A stretch of DNA of 53,577 bases from Spirogloea muscicola. Lineage: Eukaryota. The stretch is from assembly GCA_009602725.1 (NCBI GenBank), contig WELB01000005.1:955323-1008899 (forward strand), in the 5' to 3' direction. Every line of letters starts with the position of its first letter. Position 1 is the stretch's first letter. Positions 37,182 through 48,395 of the stretch are shown here, piece after piece. The notes under the pieces were generated by a model that was given only the letters and a program-made list of their open reading frames with translations, did no database searches and was not told the DNA's origin. A program made the translations under genes and the position numbers.

Positions 37182-40100
37182 CTAGAATATGTCTTTATTC
37201 ACATCGTACATTTCAATAGTCCTGTACTTTTGAGACACAAGCTCAGCTTGAACCTTGCGTGCAGTGTCCGAGGCACAGCCAACAAGAATGAGGATTGAGG
37301 TGCCGGCAAAGCCCCTGAAGGCTGTCAGGTGGGTAAAAGCCTCAACAGCGGCAGGGGCTGCTGCCATCACTCCCAGAAACGCTGATCCCAGCACCGATAT
37401 CTTGGCAAGGACCTACGTGATGCAAAGGTCCACTAGTACTTGTCAGAGCATGTGCAAAATGGACTAGCAGGTATTGACAGGCATCTCTACCTAATCAAAT
37501 ATGAGAGACCACATGTTGTATTCTGGAGCCTATCCAACAATCTCCCGGCAGGAGAGAACAGACCAGAGTGTGCTTGGCTTGCTTACATTCGTGATAAAGG
37601 TCGCAGTTGCTTTTCCAGGCCTGACAGCCGGAATTGATGCTCCCTGGCGCTTAAGCTGCTCGCTTACATCAGAAGGATCTAGCTGGAGGAAAGTGTAGAA
37701 GTAGTTGAAGAAGGCAATCAGCAACACATTTGTGGGAAGGTACAGCAGACCTGCACCACTGACAGGAAAAGTCAGCCAATACGTGCTGGTATTGAAATGC
37801 AAGGGAATGTAGCAGCCCAAGTTTGTAGCAGCTGGCAAAAAGGTGAGTAATTGGCGCTGCATTGCAGCAAGTCACATCCAACATCAATCCCACAATGCTC
37901 AGCGTTAAAGAGGGGCCAGTGGGGTGCACCGCCAGGGTAGAGGGCAACAGCAGCGCTCTTGAGGAAGCCAGCGCCTGTGAACCTAGCTAAGGACACGGGT
38001 GCAGCAAGCAGAGAGGTAGAGAAGATTATGGGCATGACGCCAGTGGAATTGACCTGCAAGCACAAGCTCCACCACAAATATGTTAAACTTTCAATACACA
38101 GCTGCCCCTGTACTCAAAGGTTGGAACAATTAGTGCATGATTTATGAAAAACAGGCACTCAAGCCTGACCTAAAGTCAAGTGCAAACTGGTGTCTATATG
38201 GATGTGTCGGTAAGTGCTGCTTGACCAGGCAGACTGCACCACACCTTGAACGGCAAGTAAGCTGCACGAGTCACCCCACGCGATGTGAAGCGCTGCGCAT
38301 AGTTGATAGGAATTTTCCGCTCAGCTTCCTGTGTGCCGTGTGAAACAAGTCCCCTGTCACAAGGTCAGAGATTGCATGCGCAGACTGCACTCATTCTTTA
38401 ACAGTACGAACACATTGGTGCTTTCTCACAATTGCCTAGACCATTTCTCGCCATGCTTCAGAGAGCCTCAAATAAGTGGTCAGCAGGCCAGGAGGAAAGC
38501 TTGAGCAATCATTTTTCTTTCACCTGTACGTAGACAATGCCAAAAACGAGGAGGAAGAACGACACAAAGAGCGCGACAAGGCCGCCGTAGTTGCCAGCAT
38601 CATTTGCCTGCGCAATTGTCCTTCCCACGGTGGAGGGCAGGTACGAGACGATGTTGGTGAAGATGAGGAGGGAGGTGCCGTTGCCGAGCTTCAGCTCCGA
38701 CAGCTGCTCGGCAATCCACAGGATGGCTACGGAGCCCAGCGTAAGAGCAGCGACCGACGTGGCAACCCAGCTAGTGCTAAAATCATCCACGTATGGCCGC
38801 AGGAAGAAGACCTGCCCAACTGCCTGCCACAACCGCCAAGAGTTGGAGATATCTTATTATCACCCTTATCGGAAGCAGCACAAGAGCTTAGTCCCTGAGT
38901 AGCACAAACAAGCATGTACATATGGATGCCCATTGACACGAACATAATGCCGACTTCGTTAGACTCCATAGAAGAGCAAATAGGCACATGTGCAATCTCC
39001 TTCTGCAAGACCCTATCCATCAGCCCTGCTGCATCACTCGATCTGATTTGCTCAATTGCCACTCAGATTGAAGTGCATACTTGTACAACAGCAAAACCAA
39101 TAGACGCAAATTGCGTGTATCTCTTCAGCTTGTTGCGCCCAGCCTCCCCCTCCTTCTTTTGCAGGTCCTGAGAAGAGCAGAGCAACCTCCATGAGTGCCG
39201 TTAACGTAAAATTGAGGGATCTGGCACATTGCTGATACTACCCGAGCTCCTCCTGTATGCATGTGAGGAAAGGCAATAAGTATGTTCAACCTGAAGCTTT
39301 GGGAAGAGGGATGCAAAAAGTTGGAAAACGATCTGGGCGTTGATGTATGGCACAATGCCGAGCGAGAAGATGCCGACGCGGCCGATGCCGCCGCCCGAGA
39401 GCGTGTCGAGCGTGCCCAGCAGCGTGCCCTCGCCCAGGCTGCTGGAGAAGGCCTCCAGGTTGACGCCGGGGATGGGGATGTAGATGCCGACGCGCGAGAG
39501 CGCCAGGAGCGCGAGGATCTGGATGAACTTCTTGGGCAGGTTGCCCTGGAAGAAGTCGCCGAAGTCAATGGAGCTGTCCTCGATCGCGCCTGCGCCACTC
39601 GGCCGGGCAGGGCGAGAGGTGGGCGGGCAGGATCTCAGGATACGGAGACGAAACCACAGCGAGAACCCACATGGGCCACGCCGTCAGGACTTCAGACTTA
39701 ATCACATGCACAATTAGGATACCAAGCCGATACCACAGCGACAACCCGCATGCGCCATGAAGTTGAGGTGTCACGACGACGTGGGTTTACTTCTGAGTAC
39801 GTTACAGGCCAGGGGTCACAATGTGGGATGACATCATTTAGGTCAGCACTAACTGAGCCGAATAGTTTAGCTAAGTTGGCGCAAAACAGACATGCAGCAG
39901 GGGAGACAGCACGGCCGGCGAACTGGCGAGAGGCACCTGCAGAGCCCCGCTGGCCGCTGCTGGGGCTGGGCTGGCCGCCGGGGCCGGGGCGGCTCGGGCC
40001 GCGGCCGCCGATCAGCGCCAGGACGTGCTCGGCGAGCCCGGCCGGCGCCGCGGCGGCCGGCCTGAGGCCCAGTGGGTCGAACACGGCGACGTCCTCCTCG

Positions 40101-40295
40101 CCATGGCCATGGTCCTCCTCACGAAGCCGAGGCCTGGCGCCACGACAGCCGCCGCCAAGAGCCTTGTCGTATGAACGACGGCGCGTGGCGTCGTCGCGGC
40201 CTCCTGCGCTCTGGCACGAGCCCTCACCTCGGCTGCGGCGGCCGTCGGGTGCCCGGGAGGGTGGCCGGCGCCCAGCCCGGTGACGCCGCCACCAT
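37182..40295 (-). CDS. SCY1: Chloroplast thylakoid preprotein translocase SecY (cpSecY1); the start may be further upstream, at 40496
   Basis: VFDPLG..; AIEDSSIDFGDFFQGNLPKKF..TLDTLSGGGIGRVGIFSLGIVPYINAQI; LKLGNGTSLLIFTNI; EAERKIPINYA..YLPFK|VNSTGVMPIIF; DVSEQLKRQGASIPAVRPGK; FRGFAGTSILILVG..SQKYRTIEMY; stop at 37182. Confidence 0.95.
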
Positions 40296-40494
40296 GGCCA
40301 CGACGGCGCAGCGGCCGCCGGCAGCGCCGGACGCCGGACATGACCCCGCTACCCGCCGTGTTGCCACTGCCAGACGTCCCGCCGCGGGCTGCCGGTGGCG
40401 GCCCCGACATGGCGGCCGCAGTGCGGCGGCAGCGTGCGCCGCCGCCGCGCCCGCCGGCAGCGGCCGCGAATTCCGGGAACGGGGTGCTCGAGGC

Positions 40495-43400
40495 ATGGAG
40501 CAGGAGCCAGGGGCCGCCATGCGGGCGGCCCGGGAGGCAGCGGCGGCTGCGCTCCCAGCGCCGGCCGAGGAGCTCGGCGACGAGGCCGACGGCGGCGTGC
40601 GCAAGAGGCGCAAGCTGGCCGCCGCAGAAGAGGCGCTTCGCCACCAGGAGACGGCGGTTCCACGCGGCGGAAGCGGCGGCAGCGACGGCGGCAGCGGCGG
40701 CGGCGGCGGCGGCTGCGGCAGCGGCACGATGGCTTGGCTCGCTGATTCAGAGGACGTCCAGTTGCCGTGGGCCCGCAGAAAAGCCGCGGCGGAAGGCGCG
40801 GCGGCCGTGACCGCCGCCGCAGTTGACGCCGCCGCGGCCATCACAGCGGACTGCCGAGGTGCCTCGGCGGCAGATGACACTGCGGCGGCACTGGCGCCGG
40901 CTCGGGCCGAGGACGTCCGGAGAGCCCTGGAGCAGGAGCGGCAGATCGAGGAGGACGCGACGCTGGCGCTCGCTTTGCAGGTATCCTCCGGCGCCACCGC
41001 CGCTGCCAGCAGCCCGTTTGCTGGAGACCATTGCCCAGATGGGTCTGATATGCGTTATCCACAATTTACTAAGTGGAGCAGCACTTGAGGGGCCTCCCAC
41101 AGTCACAGTCCCACAGGCCTGCACAGCAGGCTGCACTGGAGCTCCCTGCCGAATGACTGTGCGTAGAGCTTCGTAGCTAGGATTGCTGTGGGCGTTCATC
41201 GATGGCCACAGCTGAACGAAGGGTGCCGCAGGCTGCAGATGCAGAGGAGCTGGCTGAGCAGTCGAGGCCCTGGCGAGACGCGCCTGATGTGGGGGTTGAA
41301 GGAGACAGCAAGGAGCTGCGAGGACTTGCCTCCATGGCCGACCAGTGTGACCAGGATCGGGAGGAGAGGAGCTTTGGTGGCTGTGCGGACCCCCGCACCT
41401 TTCGCCTGCTGCGCATCGAGGGCCTCCCCGAGTGGGCCAATGATGGTTGCGTGGGCATCACTGAGGTCATCCAGGTACAGTGCATTGGGTAGGTCAGATC
41501 TCTGGAGTAGGTCTCTAGAGTTAGTGCAGTCGTTTCACCGTGCATCTGATGCTGGTTCTTTGGTTATTTTCTTGATGGACTTTGTAAGTTCCACTCACAA
41601 GACTAGGAGTATACATTCATGATGGCTGTTGAGGACATATGGTCACAGGTAACAACCTAGTGAGCTCGTTGCCCTCGTCACAGGGGGACATCCAGTGGGC
41701 CGTGCTGTCCAACTACATGGTCGACCTTAAATGGCTTCTCCCTGGTACCTCTCACTACTACTCTTCCCTCCTTTCTTCCCCCCCCCCCCTCTCCTCCTGC
41801 TGCCTCCATGAGCTCTTCTTATGTCAGCATCTTGATGTTGGTCTCTGGCCTCCCTGAAGCAGCCTGCCCACTTCTGCGGCGGATAAGGCGGGTGGTCATG
41901 GTGCACGGGGAGGACAAATCCCTTCCACGTCTCCAGGTGGTTTTGCCAACCTCTTCAAATCAGCAAGTGAAGCTGACTTGTTACTGAACATTCTCTTGAT
42001 CCTCAGAGGCTTTCATGATTGTCCTGCTGCCAAGGTCGCGTGGTAGCGCTCTTGTAGCACAGCCTGCTGTGGCAGCTCAGACCTGACACCTACGCTGTCG
42101 CGCTCTTGTTGCTGCCACCTGAGACCTGCCACCTGAGACAACCTTAAGCACTTGTGCTTACCATTAGATTGCCAGCGACTAAACAGATTGTGCTGCATGC
42201 CAGCACGATGACGCTGGGATGAATAGAAGAATTGCTGAAGTGTTGGGTTACCTTGTTCGTCATTGAATCGCCAGGCATGCTTGTTTCATCCCATTGTGTG
42301 TATACAGGCTGAGAAGCCCAAGAACTGGGTTCTGTACAAGCCACCGCTGCGCATCCCCTGGGGCACACACCACAGCAAGGCGATGCTCCTGGTGTATCCG
42401 CAAGGGGTTCGCGTTGTTGTGCACACCGCCAACCTCATCGAGGTGGACTGGTCCTACAAGTCTCAGGGCCTTTGGATGCAGGACTTTCCATGCAAGGAGC
42501 ACGGCTGTGAGAGGCAGACATCTGTCTTTGAGGACGACCTCCTCGACTATCTGACAGCTCTGGAGGTACTTCGTGCAGCAGCCCAAACAGATGCAAAGAG
42601 CTCATGGGCCTGAGCGCTTGCCATACACTGCTGTATGTTTAGGCAGGACTGATATGCCTACAGTCCTACTGGCACTTGCGTGAGCGAGGTACTCGCGCTG
42701 TTCTCTTCATGCAGTGGCCCGGGTGCCTTGTTCCAGCAGCTGATGGTGATGGATGCGATGTCAAGGTTGATATGAGCTTCTTCCGCCGCTTTGATTACTC
42801 TGGTGCCACTGTGAGGCTGGTGGGGTCGGTTCCTGGGTACCACCAGGGGAGCAACCTTGCCAAGTGGGGCCACATGAAGCTGAGAGACATTTTGCAGCAA
42901 GAGAAATGCTTTCCCTCAGTTTTTCGAGGGTCGCCTCTCGTTTATCAGGTTGGTGGAGCAGGACCAAGTCACCATTGGCATTGGCATCGTCATGAGGTGC
43001 TGCTAGTAGACATTCTTGCCCCAACAAGTGGGTATCAGTAATCTTTGAATAGCTCACAGATGAGGAGCCAATGCACCTTCCAGGAATTCGCATCGTAGGT
43101 GCTTGATTCTGAATAGTCCAAATGATTCAGCAAGATACTGCAGCACACAGGGTTGTCACGAGCTGGTGGTACTGCTGGTTGCATCAGTCTCAAGGATATT
43201 CTGAGTATGGTCTGGTTTTTGTCAAGCTTGACAAGAACCGGACTGGTCCAATCTAATCAGCACGGCATCAAAAGTAGCTGTTTATTGGAGGGGGCCTGAC
43301 AGGCTGAGTCTCCCACTTTTGTGTAGTTCTCGTCTCTGGGCTCGCTGGATGAGAAGTGGATGGAGGAGTTTCTCATCTCTGTCAGCTCCGGGAGTTGCTC

Positions 43401-44664
43401 AAGCGGCTGCCCATTAGGAGTTGCCCGAGATGTCCGTTGCATCTGGCCTACTGTTGAAGACATAAGGTGGTCTCTTGAGGTATGTTGCACACGCTTATGC
43501 TGGTGATATTGCCACAGCATTATGCTGATTGGGATGGACACATGCAAGAAATCATCTGCCTGTGCTTTCCTGTTATTGTGACGAAAGACATAGAGCGCAG
43601 GTCCTCATTTCAGCTATTATTGTCTTGGGTCTTGGTTGTAGGGCTATGCTGCGGGAGGTTGCGTTCCTGGCCCAGAGAAAAATGTGGAGAAGGCCTTCTT
43701 GACCAAGTACTGGTCCAGATGGCAGGCAGATGACTCAGGAAGAGCGCGCGCTATGCCCCACATCAAGACCTTCGTCAGATACAGCGGGAGCAGGCTTGCA
43801 TGGGTGCTACTCACCTCCTCCAACCTTAGCAAGGCCGCTTGGGGCGCGCTACAGAAGAACAACAAGCAGCTCATGGTTCGGTCCTATGAGGTAATTAGAG
43901 TGACTCCCTAATATCTAACTTCTATGTGGTTCTTTGATGGTAATTTCTTGGGTTTGCAGCTGTCCATTTATGGGCGTCATTGTGGCAGGCAGCTTCTGAT
44001 ACAGGACTGATAATCAAGGGAAGAATAACTGCATGCGCTGCTTCACACAACAAATTTATGCAGTGTATGACAAGACCTAACATGTGTGCTGCAGCTAGGC
44101 GTTCTCTTTCTGCCATCACTGCTGGCTAAAGCTGGCTCAAGGACGGCGACATATGCAGTCAATCCAGAACCTGTCCCTGGGTTGAGCTTCCCAGTCAAGA
44201 GCAGCAGTGCGGTGCAGGATGTTGACAATGCTGCTTCTGTGGATGTTGAGTTGCAAACAAGAGACTGGAAGGCAGATCGTGCAGGAGGAGGTAGCCATGA
44301 GATTGTGATCCCTCTCCCATACGCCCTCCCTCCTGCAACGTACTCCACAAGTGGTGAGCACAGGCTAATTTCAAGAACTGTCCTTGCTCGTGCAAATTAC
44401 GTCAGTGCTCAGTGAAAGGCCGCTGCTTGTCAGGTTGCGCGCTCTATGGATCTAGATCAGATCTTCCTTGGCATTAATAGGCATAGACACGCATATCCTT
44501 TATCGTAGTTTGACTTGCTCACTAATAACAGCGTGTGGATCAAGGCCAAGCATCTCCAACTTGTGGAGTTCTATGCAGATACACCGTGGGCTTGGGACAG
44601 AGTGTATCGTGCACCTGACGCTCACGGGCGACTATGGCCACGTTCCCTTAATCTGTATAAATAG
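40495..44664 (+). CDS. TDP1: Tyrosyl-DNA phosphodiesterase 1; start codon uncertain
   Basis: TFRLLRIEGLPEWANDGCV..VLSNYMVDLKWLL; both catalytic HxK..N motifs intact (GTHHSKAMLL..HTANL; RAMPHIKTF..LTSSNLSKAAWG); FSSLGSL; IWPTVEDIR; VRSYELGVLF; last exon DTPWAWDRVYRAPDAHGRLWP..* ending at 44664. Confidence 0.95.
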
Positions 44665-45469
44665 TGATTGGCCTGCCACATCAGACCTTATGTTTTAGTC
44701 GGTGAAGTACGCTACACCACAATTCGTTACAATGCCTTTGTCCAGGTATGCCCTTTCCACATTTGCACCTCGAGCAGTGGCTGTGAAAGTAGATGTACCT
44801 CTTAGATCGTAATAGCAATTCCCTTGACAATAGAACGCGGTGGTTTGCCAAAAGTAGATCATTTATTTGCCCGCGACTTGGATGGTTGACCTTGCTTCGC
44901 TGCATGTACGACATATTGACATAAGGTTGGGATATATACATTTCTTGACCAGACTTTGGAGGAAGGACTAGGCCGTGGTAGCAGACAACAAGTACCATGC
45001 AGGGAGACGTGCCATACCCTACAAACCCTGATTAGATGAGGCTTCAGCATTGTTGAGCTCATTCGCCACTCTAGCCTGTGAGAGCTGTCTCACAGGAGGA
45101 GTAATAGCCATCCTTGTCACCTCATGCGATGCTGGCAAGAAACAGGACCACAGGAACTAGGAGCTTGTTCTCATTGTCGCAGTGGCCATCCTATGGTCCC
45201 TACCCCTCTGGGAGCATTTGCAAAGAGTGGCTTCAATAGCTCGCTTGTCGAGCAAGGTCCACCTCTGTTCCTTCTGTCCGGGCTTGGGCCATAGTTCCAG
45301 ACTGAATTATTGACTTGGTGGGAGATACTTCCGCTCCATACAGAAACAACTTCCTCGTAGACTTGAATTTAGCCGGGGTAAAACTCAAGCCGAGGTAATA
45401 CCCGTACTTTTTGAGGCTTTCTCTGGGCCTGTTGCGTCCACCCTCTTGGCCTCTAGTGCTGGGCGCACA

Positions 45470-46975
45470 CCAAGCCAGGCCAGCTACACACCTCGACCTC
45501 ACAATTCGTCCTGATAAGTGTTCGGCATGGTCGCCAGTCGCCAGTAGCCATCCACCATCATGGTGGATATTTACAACTACCATCTAGCTGCCGCCTGGGT
45601 TTCAGAACTGTTCCAGAACCTCCCCACTTTGCATGATGGTGCTTAAAGTTCCACAAGGGGCCGCTGCGCATATCGAGCAAGTGGTGGAGTCCATCCTCGA
45701 GCACAAATTACAGGCCCTCTCCCAGCCTCCCCACCTTACAGGACTCGCAGCTGGCTGTTGAAATCCTCATCTTGTGTGTAATCCAAACGTCCGATCTACC
45801 TGCTGCGGTCTGTACGCTCTACCTCCGCGAAGGACGGAAATGACACATTGCGGACTCCCGCCGCCAGCGGGGGAAGTACGAAGAACAACAAGCACTGAAA
45901 AGAAACGAAGCAGCTACGAAGCACTCAGTAACCCCTGCTAAGCAGCCTCAGGTCAGAGAGACTGGGTTCCTGGGTTCCAAGCGGGTCCCCTGGCCAGAGC
46001 CAGAGGCAGCAGGCTCCCTAAGGCCATCCACTCTCACTCTTCGTCAGCTGCCCTCCTTCACCTGACGTTAGTCTCCCATCAGCAAAGGAGGCCTCGGGTG
46101 CCGCTCACTGGCACGCCTATCCCGAGCGGCTCACGTTGGGTGCTGGGCCCGAGTGGCTTTCACCATCTTTGACCGCTGTAACCTGAGGCGTCAGGCTAAT
46201 GTATATCTGCCTTTGCGGGAGTCGCAGCGGGGGCATTGCCCTTTCCAGCTTTCCCTCACCGGCACAGACGACCTCCCGCGCTCCTTGATCTCACTTACGA
46301 AGGGCCATGGGGGCAGATTTTGTGATATGGGCACGGTGTCCAATACACAATCACAGTCCCACTTTACGCATGCAGAGGACGAGCAGGCCGTCTCTGAGCT
46401 GAAATATGTCAGAGGATGATGGACGTGGTCTTACGCGGCTCCTACTCGGGGGGCGTCCAAGTGGTTGAAGGCTACTGAGTGTAAGCAATTGTTCAACTCC
46501 CCGACAACCCTTTCCAGCATTCCACCACCATCTCGGCCTCCCTTTCATTGCTTGGTTGGCATCCAAACAACATGCTTAGATGTTGAGCCCACATGCTTAG
46601 GTGTTGAGGGAGGTGAGGTAGCGTAATGCCTCCAACAACCTTTGAGAATACGGCAAATCTGCTCGCGAGGCTGGGTACCATCTGCTGTGGAAGTGTCGGG
46701 CATCATGCTCGTCATCTAGGAACGGGCAAGCTGTACGTAGGCCTCTGAATGTGGTTGCCACCCCTTAGAGCGCCGGGCCTCACCTCCTCAACGTTGTACT
46801 CATTGACGCTTCCTCAACGTCGAACTAATATACGCCTTTTAAGGGCGGGCACACGCCAATTGTGCCTGGCTGGGCAACAAAATACGCAAGAACAAACGAA
46901 TTGGCACTACAAAGACCACCTCCAGGGAGACCACTGTCATCCGTGCGCTTGGACATCTATGCGGCCACGGTATGA
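45470..46975 (+). mobile_element. Decayed non-LTR retrotransposon fragment (RT C-terminal/thumb region, possibly a restriction-like endonuclease tail; CRE/R2-group-like)
   Basis: Translation with one stop and two frameshifts: LDLTIRPDKCSAWSP..*LPPGF..MVLKVPQGAAAHIEQVVESILEHKLQALSQPPHL/QDSQLAVEILILCVIQ/RPIYLLRSV (~45490-45815). This resembles the GLxxxxxKCxxWSP..VLGVPxG..LxDxQxAxxLLxxC..YLLR pattern of such RTs. Weaker VLIDAS..HYKDHLQGD..PCA/LDIY at ~46790-46965. Confidence 0.55.
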
Positions 46976-47359
46976 AATGGTCCTCCCTCCTCTATTGCGT
47001 GTCCCAGCTAGGAGACGCTTGCTGCAATTGGGCACGTAGCATGGGGAATGCTTATTTTGCAGCTTTTCCAGGGTCTAGCACACGTTAGCGAACTGGGCGC
47101 TAAGCCAGGCCACTGGCTTGCGTCATGATGCTCCGGCGCCCAGAGTAGTCTGTCATATATGTATGTGCTCACTCGTGGGACTAGAGTCCACCCTCAGCTG
47201 TGCATGTCGTTCTGTTACCTTAGTGCCTTCTTCAATTTCACGGCCGTGAAATATAATGGGCTGATTCTTCTTTGCTCTTCTCACAAATCAGTGTACTGGC
47301 TTGGTTTGCCCTCCCTTTCGTTTCATGCGCAGCAAGCTCCTTCGAAAGAAATAAACCAT

Positions 47360-47905
47360 TCCGAAGAGGGCGAGGGTTGTGGAAAGCCAGCCCGAAAGAG
47401 TTGACAAGGTCCGAAGGATCCGGAAAGCGAAGCGTCTTATCTCTGGCTTTGATCATTCGTTTCTCTGGGCTGGCCTCTCACATCATGTCTACCGCATGCG
47501 ACTATCCATTTCCCTACAGCAGTCCATGGCCCACGCCTTGCACCTGCGTGCTAGCCGGCTCCCGCTGCAGCCTCTGGCTTTCGTCAGGAAGACTGTTCTC
47601 CGGCAGCTAGTCTGTCGGATTTGAGGCTCCTCACTCGTTGTTATTGAGTGATCCACCCTACCCCCAATTTTGAGATAGCGCTTCTTCTTCTGGCCCCTTG
47701 GTAGTCTGGCCCCTTCAAACCTTGTCAGTTCCTTTCGGGCTGGCTTCTCACAGCCCTTGCCCCTATTGGGAGAGCCACTTCTTCTTCTTTTCACAGCCCT
47801 TGCCCCCACTGGGAGAGAAAGAAAGCGCTCGCCCGTAGAGAAGAGGGGCTGGCAAAGCCAGCCCAAAAGGAGTGGAGAGCCACTTCGCTTCTTTTCTCAC
47901 AGCCA
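47360..47905. repeat. Dispersed modular repeat family copy upstream of ELIP
   Basis: ~47465-47785 is colinear with ~23100-23402. There is an inverted core copy at ~47370-47415, tandem core copies at 47736-47818, and the hairpin GGGCTGGCaaaGCCAGCCC at 47846-47864. Confidence 0.9.
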
Positions 47906-47968
47906 CCGCCCTCTCCTGGAAGCGTCCTTCTCTGGCCGGCGCTATCTGCGGCGTGGAAGGACGGGGGC

Positions 47969-48133
47969 CCACGTCGAAGAGCAGCCGTGCCACGTGGACA
48001 CGGTTGGCAGCAGCCTTTGCAGTACGTCCTGTCACGTGGCAGTATCATAGAGCCAGCTCGGCCGGAAGGCGCCCACGTGCCTTGACGACGTGGCCGGCGC
48101 GGCGGTCCGGCAGCGGCCAGGGGGCAGCCAATA
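47969..48133 (+). promoter_or_regulatory. ELIP promoter G-box/ABRE cluster
   Basis: CACGTG at 47991, 48033 and 48074; ACGTGGC at 48088; CCACGTC at 47969; CCAAT at 48129. All lie about 260-430 bp upstream of ATG 48396. Confidence 0.7.
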
Positions 48134-48395
48134 GGTGGCAGGTCCCACCTTGTTGGAGAGCGTGAGAAGTTGCCATCTGGCAGCTCCTCAGCGTGGACAC
48201 ACCCTTCGTTTGGGACGAGGCTGCATCTCAGCCGCCCGCTTCGGTGGGTGCGGGACGGCCGGGATGCCGTGCGGGTTCTCCGGAGAAAGCCCCTACAGTT
48301 ACCGGGTAGCTGACACCTTCGTACAATGCTCCCTTGCCTCCCTCACTGCTGCAGCTGCTCCAGCGCTGCCGCGCCTGCCGCCTGCACCAAGCACC

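Noticed and set aside
31858..40295. Bacterial-like genes (ispF, secY; also ftsZ) suggesting HGT, contamination or an operon
   Set aside because: All have spliceosomal introns and transit-like N-termini; they are standard endosymbiont-derived nuclear genes and are functionally unrelated to their neighbours.
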